Source of the DNA: a virus | Virus record (IMG/VR): IMGVR_UViG_3300025655_000017 | Direction: 5' to 3' (one strand) | Length of the DNA: 64,000 nt | Shown here: positions 41,178 to 51,468 of the stretch, piece after piece | How positions within the stretch are numbered: the first letter of the stretch is position 1 | How the letters are laid out: each line of letters opens with the position of its first letter | Made by a program: the position numbers and the translations under genes | The notes under the pieces: generated by a model | Seen by the model: only the letters and a program-made list of their open reading frames with translations | The model's database searches: none | What the model was told of the DNA's origin: nothing

Positions 41178-43295
41178 ATGAACAAACTTAATTTAAATGA
41201 TGGTTCTTTCTTATACCAAATGACTAGTGAGTTAAATACTCAGGTTGTTAAAGAAGAAAAACAAAAACATTATTGCATTGCAATAGATGTTAGTGGGTCG
41301 ATGCATTATTCGCTTGAATCTATTCGAGAACATTTAGGAAATCAGATTGCAACGTCATTGGCTGAAAATGATTTGTTGTCTATTATCTATTATTCTTCTA
41401 ATGGTGATTTTGGACTTATCTTAGACCGTTTTATCTATAAGGGGATAGATTCTCTTATGTCGGCTAAAAATGCCGTCAAAATGCTTAAATCACGTAATTT
41501 AACTGGCTTTTGTGATCCTTTGAAATTGGCAAAGAAAACTTTTACTCAATCTGAAACCAATATTTTTATTTTCATGAGTGACGGGTATGAAAATCAGAAT
41601 TCAATTACCTCAGTATTGAATGCAACATCTGATTTAGCATCTGTTGTTGATTATGGTATTGTTATTGAGTATGGAGATTACGCTAACCACGATTTGTTGC
41701 TAAAGATGGGTGATATTTTAGGAACAACAATATATGCAAAAAATGTTCAGACCTATAATATTCAACTAGACACCATTGTTAAAGGAACATATTCTTCTAA
41801 TACTATTAAAATTCCTAGTACAGATATTGAGCAAATTTTCTTTGTACAGGATGGATTAACAGTTGTTCCTAAGTTGGTAGATAACGAGTATATTATTCCT
41901 ATTGACTTGGTGTATTATGTTGTTTCATTTAATTCTAATTATGTACCAGCAAAAGAGATAAGTCAACTAAATCAAGGGTTACTGGGATTATGTTACATCA
42001 ATGAATCTAAGCCTAGTAAAGTATGGGAATATTTGGGACAATTGGGTAGTATATCATTAATTGACCAATATTCTGGGGCCATTGGCAATCAAAAATTAAA
42101 TGAGTTTCAACAAAAACTTCTTTCTTATATTGTAGCTGAAACAGAACTATTTGAAGGCGGGTTTGACTTAAATTATTTACCACCATCTAATGAATTCAAT
42201 CTTATTGATTTGTTACAATTATTGAGTGAAGATGAAGAAACAAAAGTTTACACAAGAGATGATCGTTTTAACTATAGTAAGATTGGTTCATCTAAGGTTC
42301 AAACATCAACATTAGATGAAGAGAATCCTTATAAGTTGGATTATGAATATGTTGACCTCATTGAAAAAGGTAATCCCTTGGAATTAGTATATAACTCATC
42401 TCGTGCAAACATTTCATTTCAAGTTAATCATAAAGTTAGTGTTGATCTAACACCTGTTATTAATGCTAAAAAATTAGTAGGGTTGCCTGAAAAAGTGGAA
42501 ACAATTATTTTTAGAAATTATACTATTGTAGCTGATTTAATTTTAAATCTAAAACAAATGGTTGTAACTACATCTGAAGAAACACTAAAAATCATTCCTA
42601 CTGATTTGTATGAAATTGTTAATGGTAGAGTAGTTTTGTTTTTAGATAAGTTATCGCTTACCAATCGTGATATGATTGCTAGTGTTGACATGGAAGCATT
42701 TGCAGAACAAGTCTTGGATGATAAAATGTTAGCTTATCGCCAACGTGTTTTTAATTCACTATCAAAAGAAAATGAAGTAAAATCATATTCTAATCCTTTT
42801 GTTGAAAAATATGGTGAAGAAGTGGCAAATCAATTATCAGAACTTGGAATTGGTAATAATGGTTTTTCTCCTAAAGTAGTTAGTGTGAGCGGTCAAGATA
42901 TGTACTATGCTCCTGAAATTACTACTAAGGTAGCTGGGATACAATCAGTCCCAAGTTTGGATAATGTGATTAAAAAAGTAAATGAAAAAGGAGAAGCAAA
43001 ATTAACTCCGGGTGAAACAATTCTTTATGGAATTTATAAAGAATACCTAACATTTATCTCTATGCCACATTATGTTAATTCTGCTGATCAAAAAGCATTA
43101 TTAATCAGTTATTTGGAAACAGAACAAAAGTCTATCCGAAAAGTAAAGCGTAATATCCTTTATAATTTATCAAAATCAATTTTCGTAGCTTTGCTGAGTA
43201 AACAAAAAATTGACAATGATCAGTATGAAGTAACAAAGGAAAATAATAAATTTTCTATCACAATTGACCAAAAGGTTAAAGAAGTGCTTATTTAA
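41178..43295 (+). CDS. von Willebrand factor A domain protein
   Basis: MIDAS DVSGS...T...FMSDG. Confidence 0.8.
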   Translation: MNKLNLNDGSFLYQMTSELNTQVVKEEKQKHYCIAIDVSGSMHYSLESIREHLGNQIATSLAENDLLSIIYYSSNGDFGLILDRFIYKGIDSLMSAKNAVKMLKSRNLTGFCDPLKLAKKTFTQSETNIFIFMSDGYENQNSITSVLNATSDLASVVDYGIVIEYGDYANHDLLLKMGDILGTTIYAKNVQTYNIQLDTIVKGTYSSNTIKIPSTDIEQIFFVQDGLTVVPKLVDNEYIIPIDLVYYVVSFNSNYVPAKEISQLNQGLLGLCYINESKPSKVWEYLGQLGSISLIDQYSGAIGNQKLNEFQQKLLSYIVAETELFEGGFDLNYLPPSNEFNLIDLLQLLSEDEETKVYTRDDRFNYSKIGSSKVQTSTLDEENPYKLDYEYVDLIEKGNPLELVYNSSRANISFQVNHKVSVDLTPVINAKKLVGLPEKVETIIFRNYTIVADLILNLKQMVVTTSEETLKIIPTDLYEIVNGRVVLFLDKLSLTNRDMIASVDMEAFAEQVLDDKMLAYRQRVFNSLSKENEVKSYSNPFVEKYGEEVANQLSELGIGNNGFSPKVVSVSGQDMYYAPEITTKVAGIQSVPSLDNVIKKVNEKGEAKLTPGETILYGIYKEYLTFISMPHYVNSADQKALLISYLETEQKSIRKVKRNILYNLSKSIFVALLSKQKIDNDQYEVTKENNKFSITIDQKVKEVLI

Positions 43296-43303
43296 TATTA
43301 CGT

Positions 43304-43339
43304 TGGGGGGAAAGAAGCTATTATTGTTCTTTCCCCCAT
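43304..43339. terminator. bidirectional intrinsic terminator
   Basis: GGGGGAAAGAA / TTCTTTCCCCC hairpin between convergent genes. Confidence 0.75.
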
Positions 43340-43342
43340 ATT

Positions 43343-43834
43343 TTAATAGAGTAATATACAACGCTGTGGTTGTATAGTAAAACTAAGTTCTATTACACCT
43401 TCTCCTTCCATCTCATAGTCACCAAAACTGATTTCATCTACAAGAATACAATTCTCATATCTCCATACTGATATAGCAGTACCTGCGGGATCGAGAATTT
43501 CAAAATCAATATCTTTAGCATATCCAACTGCATAACCTGATCGACCTGTTACAGCTTCATGGTGTAATCTTTGCCATTCTATTAGTGCCTGAGTAGTAGA
43601 TGGTGCAATAAAGTCACGAGTAACCACTGACAGTGAACCCCAAACACTTTTACCAATAACATAAGTCTCAGTATTTAAGTACCCCATTACCACTTTATTA
43701 TTTGTAACTTTAGGGGCTTGAAAACTTTTTATCATAAAAGGCAATATTCCTATATCATTAGGAAATCTAGCTACAAATCTATGCTTTTGTTTTGGTTCAG
43801 CTTGTATAGGGGCTTGAAATAGTAAATCAGCCAT
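43343..43834 (-). CDS. tail tube protein (T4 gp19-like)
   Basis: EPKQKHRF, YVIGKSVW, RDFIAPS, EWQRLHHEAVTGRSGYAVGYAKD, LDPAG; putative late promoter at 43848-43856. Confidence 0.85.
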   Translation of the reverse strand: MADLLFQAPIQAEPKQKHRFVARFPNDIGILPFMIKSFQAPKVTNNKVVMGYLNTETYVIGKSVWGSLSVVTRDFIAPSTTQALIEWQRLHHEAVTGRSGYAVGYAKDIDFEILDPAGTAISVWRYENCILVDEISFGDYEMEGEGVIELSFTIQPQRCILLY

Positions 43835-43866
43835 ATATTATTTTTTATATAAATAGTTATTATTAA

Positions 43867-44715
43867 TTATTTTGTATATTGGAATTTCATATATTTTTTA
43901 AAAATTTCTTCAAAGGCATCACTATCTAAAATTTTATAAACATGTATTCCAAACTTCTTTAGTTTAGTATCTGTAAATTTTAATTGATATAAGGCTCTTC
44001 CCATGTGGGGTATCATTATTTCTGCACTAACATCAATGGCCTCATTTAAAGAAACTCCGTTCTTTAATACTTTAGTAAGAATAGTAATATCTGCATCTTC
44101 TATTTGAGATTTAAGCTCTCTTTTTAATTTAGTTGTTATTAATGGAAAATAATCTAATATGCCATCCATTAATTCATATCTTGCTCGTTGTTCTTTGTTA
44201 CCTTTAGCTCGTAACCAATTAATTCCTTTTTTTACCTGTTTTATTTGATCTTTAGTTTTATTACCATAGCTTTTTTCATTTATTGTTGCTAAATCTAAAA
44301 TTTCAGGGATTTCATTAACCATGAAAAATTGCATATTATTAATAATGTCTGCCTTAACTTTAGGTTGAGACAAATATTTTTCAATGGCTCCTTGGTAAGC
44401 AATATCTATTTTTTTCTCCCCACTAATATTTTTAAAAAAAGAAGGTTGAGAAGCATATATGTAATAATCTATAAATAATCTTGCGAAAAGTTTATAAAAA
44501 TCTTGTGTTTTACCATTCTCATAATCATTTAATACTTGTAATAAGCTTATTCTACTTGCTAAGGTAGGCATTTTTTTCTTTATATAATTTGAGAAATCAC
44601 CACCAAAGATTTCCGCAATTTTTTTTATTATGTTTTTATTTAAATTACGCTGTTCGCTTGTAGATAATCTATCCATCAATGAATCTATAATTCCAGCTTC
44701 TACTAATATTTGCAT
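43867..44715 (-). CDS. hypothetical protein (putative head-processed)
   Basis: 282 aa; LVEA, INEK, LNEA motifs. Confidence 0.6.
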   Translation of the reverse strand: MQILVEAGIIDSLMDRLSTSEQRNLNKNIIKKIAEIFGGDFSNYIKKKMPTLASRISLLQVLNDYENGKTQDFYKLFARLFIDYYIYASQPSFFKNISGEKKIDIAYQGAIEKYLSQPKVKADIINNMQFFMVNEIPEILDLATINEKSYGNKTKDQIKQVKKGINWLRAKGNKEQRARYELMDGILDYFPLITTKLKRELKSQIEDADITILTKVLKNGVSLNEAIDVSAEIMIPHMGRALYQLKFTDTKLKKFGIHVYKILDSDAFEEIFKKYMKFQYTK

Positions 44716-44716
44716 T

Positions 44717-45058
44717 TTATTGTATAACGTTTATGATAATTTCTTCTTTTAAAGGTAAAATATATTGACCTTCTTCATTTATGATAATAATTTTCATTCG
44801 ATATTTCCCTATTTTTTTTGTTAGTATTAATGGAATTTTGTAACTAAGAAAAAACTTATCTGGGCAATCATTACAATTAGGTACTTCTATTAATTTGACC
44901 TTTCCACATTTAACCAATGTTTTACAATTATCATATGTTTTAATTATAGATGATATTTCAGATGCTTTTAAAATATTTAAATAATCATTTTCGGTATATC
45001 TATTGAATACCAATTGCATATGAGGTAAATCACTATTTTGTCGTATGTAGAAATCCAC
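44717..45058 (-). CDS. BppU-N-like Ig-fold virion protein
   Basis: FYIRQNSDLP N-terminus; GKY...ILP..EEIIINV. Confidence 0.5.
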   Translation of the reverse strand: MDFYIRQNSDLPHMQLVFNRYTENDYLNILKASEISSIIKTYDNCKTLVKCGKVKLIEVPNCNDCPDKFFLSYKIPLILTKKIGKYRMKIIIINEEGQYILPLKEEIIINVIQ

Positions 45059-45124
45059 TTTTTATATAAATAGTTTTATATATTTTTATAACAACAATTT
45101 TTCATTATCTATTTATATGTAAAG

Positions 45125-45817
45125 ATGTATAGGATTAATAAGAAAAAGTTGGCTGCTGCACTAAATGAAGCAGTATTACTTCAGAAAAAAAACTATAAAA
45201 ATTTAACATTTGTTGATGAGATTTTTAATTCATTTGATATACATATAGATAACATCAAGCATATTATTAGAGAGAGAAGTACAAACAATGCTAAAAGATT
45301 ATATACATACCTTTTAGAAGAATGTAATTGTAGCAGCAGATATGATGATGTTGCACCTAAGTTAAATTATCCACCTGAGGAAACTATGCTATATGATGAT
45401 GATGTCAATGAACAATATGGAGATGAGTATTATGATGATGATTATAGCTCGGTAGACGATAATATAGAAAAAACAAGGGATGTTTTTCGTATTATTTATG
45501 ACAGAGAACCAACAGATGAAGAGTTAGAAGATTTTATGGATAGTGATATATTCCACGATTATATCAGAAGTGAAGAAGAATCAAGGGGAGATGCCCAGCA
45601 TGATTTTAATCGAGATATGGCCTTAGGAGAATCAAGTGATGAAGAAGATCAAACACCAAGTTTTTGGGCAGCATATAATGAATCTGTTAAAAAAATGAAA
45701 ATAGCTAGAAAAAAACTTAGTGAATCTGACGTATTAAAAATTAAGTCAGAAGGTTATGACGTTAAAGCTTTCGTGAATGAAGATGATATGATGGAATATG
45801 TTAAATCCCTAAAATAG
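45125..45817 (+). CDS. acidic hypothetical protein
   Basis: CTATTTATA at 45109-45117; LNEA, LGES, YNES, LSES motifs. Confidence 0.65.
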   Translation: MYRINKKKLAAALNEAVLLQKKNYKNLTFVDEIFNSFDIHIDNIKHIIRERSTNNAKRLYTYLLEECNCSSRYDDVAPKLNYPPEETMLYDDDVNEQYGDEYYDDDYSSVDDNIEKTRDVFRIIYDREPTDEELEDFMDSDIFHDYIRSEEESRGDAQHDFNRDMALGESSDEEDQTPSFWAAYNESVKKMKIARKKLSESDVLKIKSEGYDVKAFVNEDDMMEYVKSLK

Positions 45818-47797
45818 GGATTTAACATATAATTTTTTGTTTTCTTTTAAAAGGTTCTTAAAATTTCTAGCCGTCATTTTTTCATTAAATGCTTTTTGAA
45901 TAATAGCACTAGTAATTTTAAGACTATATATCTTAGCAAATTTTTTATAATCATTTAATAATAGCCCATCAAAGTTAATTATATTTGTTATTGCATCAGA
46001 AAAACTTTTAGTAAAATATTTTTCAAGATTTATTACATTTTCGTTTTGTACATATGAAATAAGATTATTCTTATTAAGACTACTAATGAAAAATATAAAA
46101 GCGTTTTCAAATGAAAACTCATCTCCTTTACCATCTAATAATACACCATTTTCAAGAATACTAGAAAATAGATCAATAAAACTTGGGTGTGCCAATTCTA
46201 TGTTTTCAACTATGATAACAGTATTAGGATTATTATGTATATAATTAGTTAATAACCCACCCTCTGAATACCCAACATACCCTGCGCTTGCACCAATTAA
46301 TTTGTTTATACTAATCTTATCTGTGTATTCACTTGCATTAATTATCAATTTCTTTTTGTTACATAATTCATTGGCAATTAACGTGGCTAAATATTTTTTA
46401 CCCATTCCTTTCTCGCCATTTAACAGGAATGATATAACTCCTGATTCATTTCCATTATTATATAGAGAAGAAATGATTTTTTGTACACCAAGTTCATTAC
46501 CTGCATATTTCTTCATAATATTATTATAACAGTCCTTATAAAATCTTTTACTATTTTTCACAATAGAAATATCATAATTATCTGTAAAAGTTGTTTCTAT
46601 ATCTTTCAAGGTGACAATAACATTTTCAGTGGGGGCAGTTTTAATTTTTACTTTTGAGTAGGCACAGTCTAAAATTTCTAAAGCAGCATCAGGCATATAT
46701 AGATCATTAAGGTATTTTACTCCATTGTCATATATAGATTTCAATGCTTTTTCATTACATGAAAAATTGTTTGAGGCTGCAAAATTTTGCATAATTTTTA
46801 TTGTAGTGTGTTCATCAGTTTGATTGATTTGAATCTTACTAACTCTTCTCACAAAAGCTTTGTCTTTTTTTAAATGTCTGTTAAATTCATCATTAGTAGT
46901 TGCAAGAATCACCTGTAATTTACCCCTTGCCATTGGTTCTTTTAAAACATTTAAAATAGATAAACCATCTTCTCCACCTGCTCCATTAATCAATACATGA
47001 GCTTCATCGAAAAATAAAACTATGTTTTCATTATCCTGAAAATCTTTTATTAAAAATTCAAGTTTTTTCTCCAAATCACCTCTAAATTTAGTTCCGCTTA
47101 CTAATTTATTAACATCAATGTGGAGAATTTTTTTATCTATGTAGTTTGGTAAACTTTCCACTATTTTAGTTTTACCAACCCCAGCCTGACCTACTAATAG
47201 TATATTACGTTTAGTAATTTTATTTAATATTTCTATGCATAGTTTTATTTCTCTATCTCTACCATATAAAATATTATTATTAGGGTTCAATTCAGAAAGA
47301 TAATCTTTTTGGGGGCTAACTTTCTGAACAATTTCATCTTCTTCTGATAAAAAATCTTCTCCATCGTTGACAAATTCATTTTCAAAAAACACTTCTGACC
47401 CGCTAAGATTAAAATCTTGTTCATACGTTTCAATAAATGTTTTTTGCGAAACGTTAAGATAATTAATTGCTCCGTAAGCAAGCCATCTCATATCAAATAG
47501 TTGTATAAAAATATCATATACTGTTGCTTCATTAAAACATTCAAATGATGCCATGAATCTAATCAGTTCATCTGAATATTTTTGATCAGTAATTGGATAT
47601 TTTTTTACATTTGCCTCTATTTTAGAAGTTACCATAGGTATTTTACTATCCAATCCCTCTAATGTATGAATAATAGTACTATAGCCTTCTGCTAATATAG
47701 AATACAAGAAAATCTCCGTGGTAACCACATTACTTTCAAAGATTGAAAAAGCCCATCTTTCAGAATCTTCCAATAAATTTTTTCCGTTTAGTATCAT
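45809..47797 (-). CDS. ClpA/ClpB-family AAA+ ATPase
   Basis: GRDREI, GQAGVGKT, GTKFRGDLE, FFDEAH, ATT..E, DKAFVRR, KLIGA.AGYVGY.EGG.LT; second Walker motifs degenerate (GMGKK, VENIE). Confidence 0.9.
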   Translation of the reverse strand: MILNGKNLLEDSERWAFSIFESNVVTTEIFLYSILAEGYSTIIHTLEGLDSKIPMVTSKIEANVKKYPITDQKYSDELIRFMASFECFNEATVYDIFIQLFDMRWLAYGAINYLNVSQKTFIETYEQDFNLSGSEVFFENEFVNDGEDFLSEEDEIVQKVSPQKDYLSELNPNNNILYGRDREIKLCIEILNKITKRNILLVGQAGVGKTKIVESLPNYIDKKILHIDVNKLVSGTKFRGDLEKKLEFLIKDFQDNENIVLFFDEAHVLINGAGGEDGLSILNVLKEPMARGKLQVILATTNDEFNRHLKKDKAFVRRVSKIQINQTDEHTTIKIMQNFAASNNFSCNEKALKSIYDNGVKYLNDLYMPDAALEILDCAYSKVKIKTAPTENVIVTLKDIETTFTDNYDISIVKNSKRFYKDCYNNIMKKYAGNELGVQKIISSLYNNGNESGVISFLLNGEKGMGKKYLATLIANELCNKKKLIINASEYTDKISINKLIGASAGYVGYSEGGLLTNYIHNNPNTVIIVENIELAHPSFIDLFSSILENGVLLDGKGDEFSFENAFIFFISSLNKNNLISYVQNENVINLEKYFTKSFSDAITNIINFDGLLLNDYKKFAKIYSLKITSAIIQKAFNEKMTARNFKNLLKENKKLYVKSLF

Positions 47798-47819
47798 AAA
47801 TATTTTATTATATTTATCA

Positions 47820-47827
47820 CAAAGATA
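47820..47827 (-). promoter_or_regulatory. Bacteroidota -7 promoter element for the clp gene
   Basis: TATCTTTG on the minus strand, ~22 nt upstream of the start. Confidence 0.55.
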
Positions 47828-47834
47828 TAAAAAA

Positions 47835-48161
47835 ATGCTAGTATATACTAATAGAGATGAAGGTATTTTAGAAGAAAGTTACTTTTCATCATCTAATGTC
47901 CTATGTATCCGTTATTTAGAAGTTGAAAAAATAATGGAAGTGTTATTTAATTCTGGAAGATTGTATACCTATCATGAAATACCCAGAGATTTCTTTATTA
48001 GAATTAGAATGGCTGATAGCCAAGGAAGTAAAATTAACGAATTATTGGTAAAAAAACAAGTTGGTAAAAAATTATATAATGAAACATTGAGTGGAATAAT
48101 TTCACCTGAAGATATTGCAAAAATAAAAAATTTTATAAATGAGAAAAGTAATAAATTATGA
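47835..48161 (+). CDS. KTSC-domain protein
   Basis: SSNVLCIRY...VLFNSGRLYTY.EIP...ADSQG; start moved to ATG 47835. Confidence 0.75.
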   Translation: MLVYTNRDEGILEESYFSSSNVLCIRYLEVEKIMEVLFNSGRLYTYHEIPRDFFIRIRMADSQGSKINELLVKKQVGKKLYNETLSGIISPEDIAKIKNFINEKSNKL

Positions 48162-49068
48162 AAATAGTTATATAAAACTATTAGAAACAATAATGGAAGA
48201 TGGGTATGATCATGATGACCGTACAAGCATTGGAAGAAAATCTATACAGGGTTATCAGATGACCATTGATATGAAAAAATCATTCCCCATGTTATCTTCA
48301 AAGTATGTTAATTTTAATAATATTAAATATGAATTATTTTGGTTCTTAGGTTATCACATGAATTTACCTGAGTATAAGTCTCTTAACCTTACAAATATAA
48401 AATATTTGGTTGATAATAATGTAAATATTTGGAATGAATGGCCTCACCAAAATTATCTTAAACAGACGGGTAATTTCATATCATTAAAAACTTTTAAAGA
48501 TAATATCAAAGAGGATTTTGACTTTGCGAATAAATGGGGTAATTTAGGAAATGTATATGGAAAACAGTGGTTGAATTGGAATGGCACAAATCAAATAGAA
48601 AAAGTTATTGCCTCTATTAAAAATAATCCTTTTTCCTCAAGGCATATAGTTTCTGCTTGGAATGTTGATGAATTAGGTGATATGTTATTACCACCTTGCC
48701 ATAATATGTTTCAATTTTTAGTAAATGATCAAAATGAGTTAAGCTGTATTTTTAATATGCGTTCGACAGATGTTTTTTTAGGATTACCATATAATATCGC
48801 ATCTTATGCACTGTTATTAGAGATAATAGCAAAACATTGTGGGATGGGGGTTAACTTATTAATTTATAATGGAGGTGACGTACATATATATCACAATCAC
48901 TATGACGCTATCAAACAACAATTATCGAATTATAATAATTTAAACAATACTCTAACTCCACAGTTAATTTTGCCAAATTATGAAAATATTAATGATATTA
49001 ATATTAGTGAAATATTCATACAAAATTACACACATAGTGGAGTAATAAAAGCACCTGTTGCAGTTTAA
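48139..49068 (+). CDS. thyA: thymidylate synthase
   Basis: DRT, ELFWFL, YGKQW, LPPCH, RSTDVFLGLPYN, HIY. Confidence 0.95.
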   Translation: MRKVINYENSYIKLLETIMEDGYDHDDRTSIGRKSIQGYQMTIDMKKSFPMLSSKYVNFNNIKYELFWFLGYHMNLPEYKSLNLTNIKYLVDNNVNIWNEWPHQNYLKQTGNFISLKTFKDNIKEDFDFANKWGNLGNVYGKQWLNWNGTNQIEKVIASIKNNPFSSRHIVSAWNVDELGDMLLPPCHNMFQFLVNDQNELSCIFNMRSTDVFLGLPYNIASYALLLEIIAKHCGMGVNLLIYNGGDVHIYHNHYDAIKQQLSNYNNLNNTLTPQLILPNYENINDINISEIFIQNYTHSGVIKAPVAV

Positions 49069-49088
49069 ACTATTTATAATAAAATACA

Positions 49089-50120
49089 ATGAATTTTTTT
49101 ATTCGTCAAGGTATATTAAAAGAGTCTATAGATTTTAAATCTTTTCAAATTAAAGACTCTCTTAACCCAGAAATTTTTAATGATAATAGTAAAATGAAAA
49201 AGGAAGTACGAAAAAGTCTACTTGAAATGGCAGAAAACTTTTATGATTTTTTACAATTTGATTGGTTAGCTGAAAAATATTCAGATGTATGGTTAGTTGG
49301 TTCAATGGCTTCTTATAATTGGTCTGAAAAATACTCTGATATTGATGTTCATCTAATCATGGATTTATCTTTAATTTCTAATCATATTGATCTCCTTAAA
49401 AGTGATTTGTGGGCATCAAAAACATTATATAACGATGAACATGATTTAACAGTCAAAAATTATAATGTTGAGTTGTACATGCAAGATATAAATGAAAAGA
49501 TAGAAAGCAATGGTATTTTTTCTATCTTAAAACAAACATGGATTAAAAAACCTGTGAAATTAGAACATATAAATACTAACCAAAAAAGGGTTAGTTATTA
49601 TGTGGGGATGATAGAAAAAAGAATGGAAGAAGCCATAAAACAATTTAGATTAGGAAACTATGATGAAGCTAGATCATTAAATTCTGATATTTTAGAAGAT
49701 GTTATGAATCTTCGAAAAGAAGGTTTAGCCGAGGGAGGTGAATTTTCAGATAAAAATATTGCATATAAGTCATTAAGACGTGATGGCACGATGGATAAAC
49801 TTAATAGATTAGATATTCTTGCATTTGATAAAAAAGTTTCCATAGATACAACCAATAAAGAGAAATTAGATAATGGAGAAATAACCCCCCAGAAAAAAGC
49901 CGAATTACCCAATGATGAAACTAGCGATCAAAAAAATGGTGGAGCTGAAGAGGAAGAGGATACTGATGGCTACACCGATGGTATTAATTATGTTATTAAT
50001 GGCCGTAAATTTAATTCACTGCGACAAGCAGAGGAAAAACTAGGTGTGGCAAAATCTACCATAGAATATAGAGTAAATTCAGAATCAGATAAGTGGAAGG
50101 GATATAAAAAATTAACTTAA
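49089..50120 (+). CDS. Pol-beta-superfamily nucleotidyltransferase with C-terminal NUMOD1-like HTH
   Basis: GS...SDIDVH and VELY; C-terminal INGRKFNSLRQAEEKLGVAKSTI; CTATTTATA at 49070-49078. Confidence 0.7.
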   Translation: MNFFIRQGILKESIDFKSFQIKDSLNPEIFNDNSKMKKEVRKSLLEMAENFYDFLQFDWLAEKYSDVWLVGSMASYNWSEKYSDIDVHLIMDLSLISNHIDLLKSDLWASKTLYNDEHDLTVKNYNVELYMQDINEKIESNGIFSILKQTWIKKPVKLEHINTNQKRVSYYVGMIEKRMEEAIKQFRLGNYDEARSLNSDILEDVMNLRKEGLAEGGEFSDKNIAYKSLRRDGTMDKLNRLDILAFDKKVSIDTTNKEKLDNGEITPQKKAELPNDETSDQKNGGAEEEEDTDGYTDGINYVINGRKFNSLRQAEEKLGVAKSTIEYRVNSESDKWKGYKKLT

Positions 50121-50121
50121 T

Positions 50122-50514
50122 ATGTTTAATTGTAGAGACGTAATAACCTCTGATTATACCATTAATTGTGCAAAAATATGTATTAGATCATGTGAATTAT
50201 TTGATGCATTGCATTTCTTAGAAGAAAATGTATTATATGCAACTGAAATAGTAGGTGCTACTTATACATGGAATATATATTCTCAATATAAGTTAGAATT
50301 ATCATTGGGGAGTGGGCAATATAATGATGTTATTTCAATTGACCCTGCTCTTGGAATTTATGGTGAATTAAATGTAGGTAAAAGTTTTTTACTGTTAAAA
50401 CAATTATTAACAGATAATAACATATTTATAGAAAGCGGATGTTTTACTATTGAATTAGAAATTGAAACATCTTGCTATAAAAACCAAAAAAAAATATATT
50501 TGTTTAATGGATAA
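50122..50514 (+). CDS. hypothetical protein
   Basis: 130 aa Cys-containing ORF. Confidence 0.6.
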   Translation: MFNCRDVITSDYTINCAKICIRSCELFDALHFLEENVLYATEIVGATYTWNIYSQYKLELSLGSGQYNDVISIDPALGIYGELNVGKSFLLLKQLLTDNNIFIESGCFTIELEIETSCYKNQKKIYLFNG

Positions 50515-51463
50515 GAATACAAAAGCAAGAAGTGGCAATTTACTAGAAGCCATGATAAAGCTTACCAAAGAAAAGAAAGTTTTTAATTCATATTTCTCTA
50601 AAAAAATTGATGAGACGCAAATCTATGTCATAAAGGAGAAAGGTAATTATATCTTAGTAAAAGAGGCAAATAACCCAGTTGGTTATGAGCGATATAGCAA
50701 ACATAATTTCAAATCATTAAATGGCGCAATTAATAATATTAATCTTCTTATAACAGAAGCTGAAAAATATGTTATTAAAGAACCCATCCCAGCATCATCT
50801 GTTGATGATATGGGTGGAGCTGATGATTTTGATATGGACAGTGATAGTGAAGAAGTTTCACTAGATGACGATGAAATGTCAGCAGAAGAAGATCAAGGTG
50901 AAGCCATTGAAACAGATTTATCTGAATATCAAGAGCTGGCAGGAAAATTGGCTTATATCTTAAAAGATGAAGCTGATGAACTAGATGATTATGATGCTAC
51001 TGTAAAATATGTTTTTAATACTTTGTTAGCATCTTTAAAAATTGATACAGTTAGCCCTGAATTGTTAGATAGCATTAAAGAAAAGCTAACAAAAAATGAA
51101 GATACACCCGAAGAACCAACAGATGAAGTTGTAGAGCAGTATGTTCATGAAATGGCTAAGAAAAAAGGATATGTTGTTGAATCTGTATTTAAAGATAAAA
51201 CACTCTTAAAAGAATATGGAGAAGAGGATTCTCCTTGGGATGATTATTCTTTGACCGATAAGCAAGTACAATATGATAAAGATCAAACAGGTCTTCCTTA
51301 TTATATGAATAGTAAAGAAGATTTAGTAGATGATAGTCTTGATGACGACGACGACGACGATTTTGACGACGACGATAGTCATAATAAGGGCCATTGGTTT
51401 CACGGGTTTGACAATTATGCAGATTACGATGATTTATTAAGTGATAATTTTTTAAAAGTATAA
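50507..51463 (+). CDS. highly acidic protein (putative head internal/scaffold)
   Basis: Asp-rich tracts; ITEA, IKEP, LKEY motifs; start moved to ATG 50507. Confidence 0.65.
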   Translation: MDKNTKARSGNLLEAMIKLTKEKKVFNSYFSKKIDETQIYVIKEKGNYILVKEANNPVGYERYSKHNFKSLNGAINNINLLITEAEKYVIKEPIPASSVDDMGGADDFDMDSDSEEVSLDDDEMSAEEDQGEAIETDLSEYQELAGKLAYILKDEADELDDYDATVKYVFNTLLASLKIDTVSPELLDSIKEKLTKNEDTPEEPTDEVVEQYVHEMAKKKGYVVESVFKDKTLLKEYGEEDSPWDDYSLTDKQVQYDKDQTGLPYYMNSKEDLVDDSLDDDDDDDFDDDDSHNKGHWFHGFDNYADYDDLLSDNFLKV

Positions 51464-51468
51464 TAATT

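Noticed and set aside
49089-50120. Nucleotidyltransferase as a CCA-adding enzyme for the CCA-less tRNAs
   Set aside because: It lacks the class II CCA motifs (GGxVRD, RRDFT) and sits in a late-gene context; the host enzyme would suffice.
51343-51376. GAC/GAT trinucleotide repeat
   Set aside because: It encodes the poly-Asp tract of the acidic protein and is not an independent repeat element.
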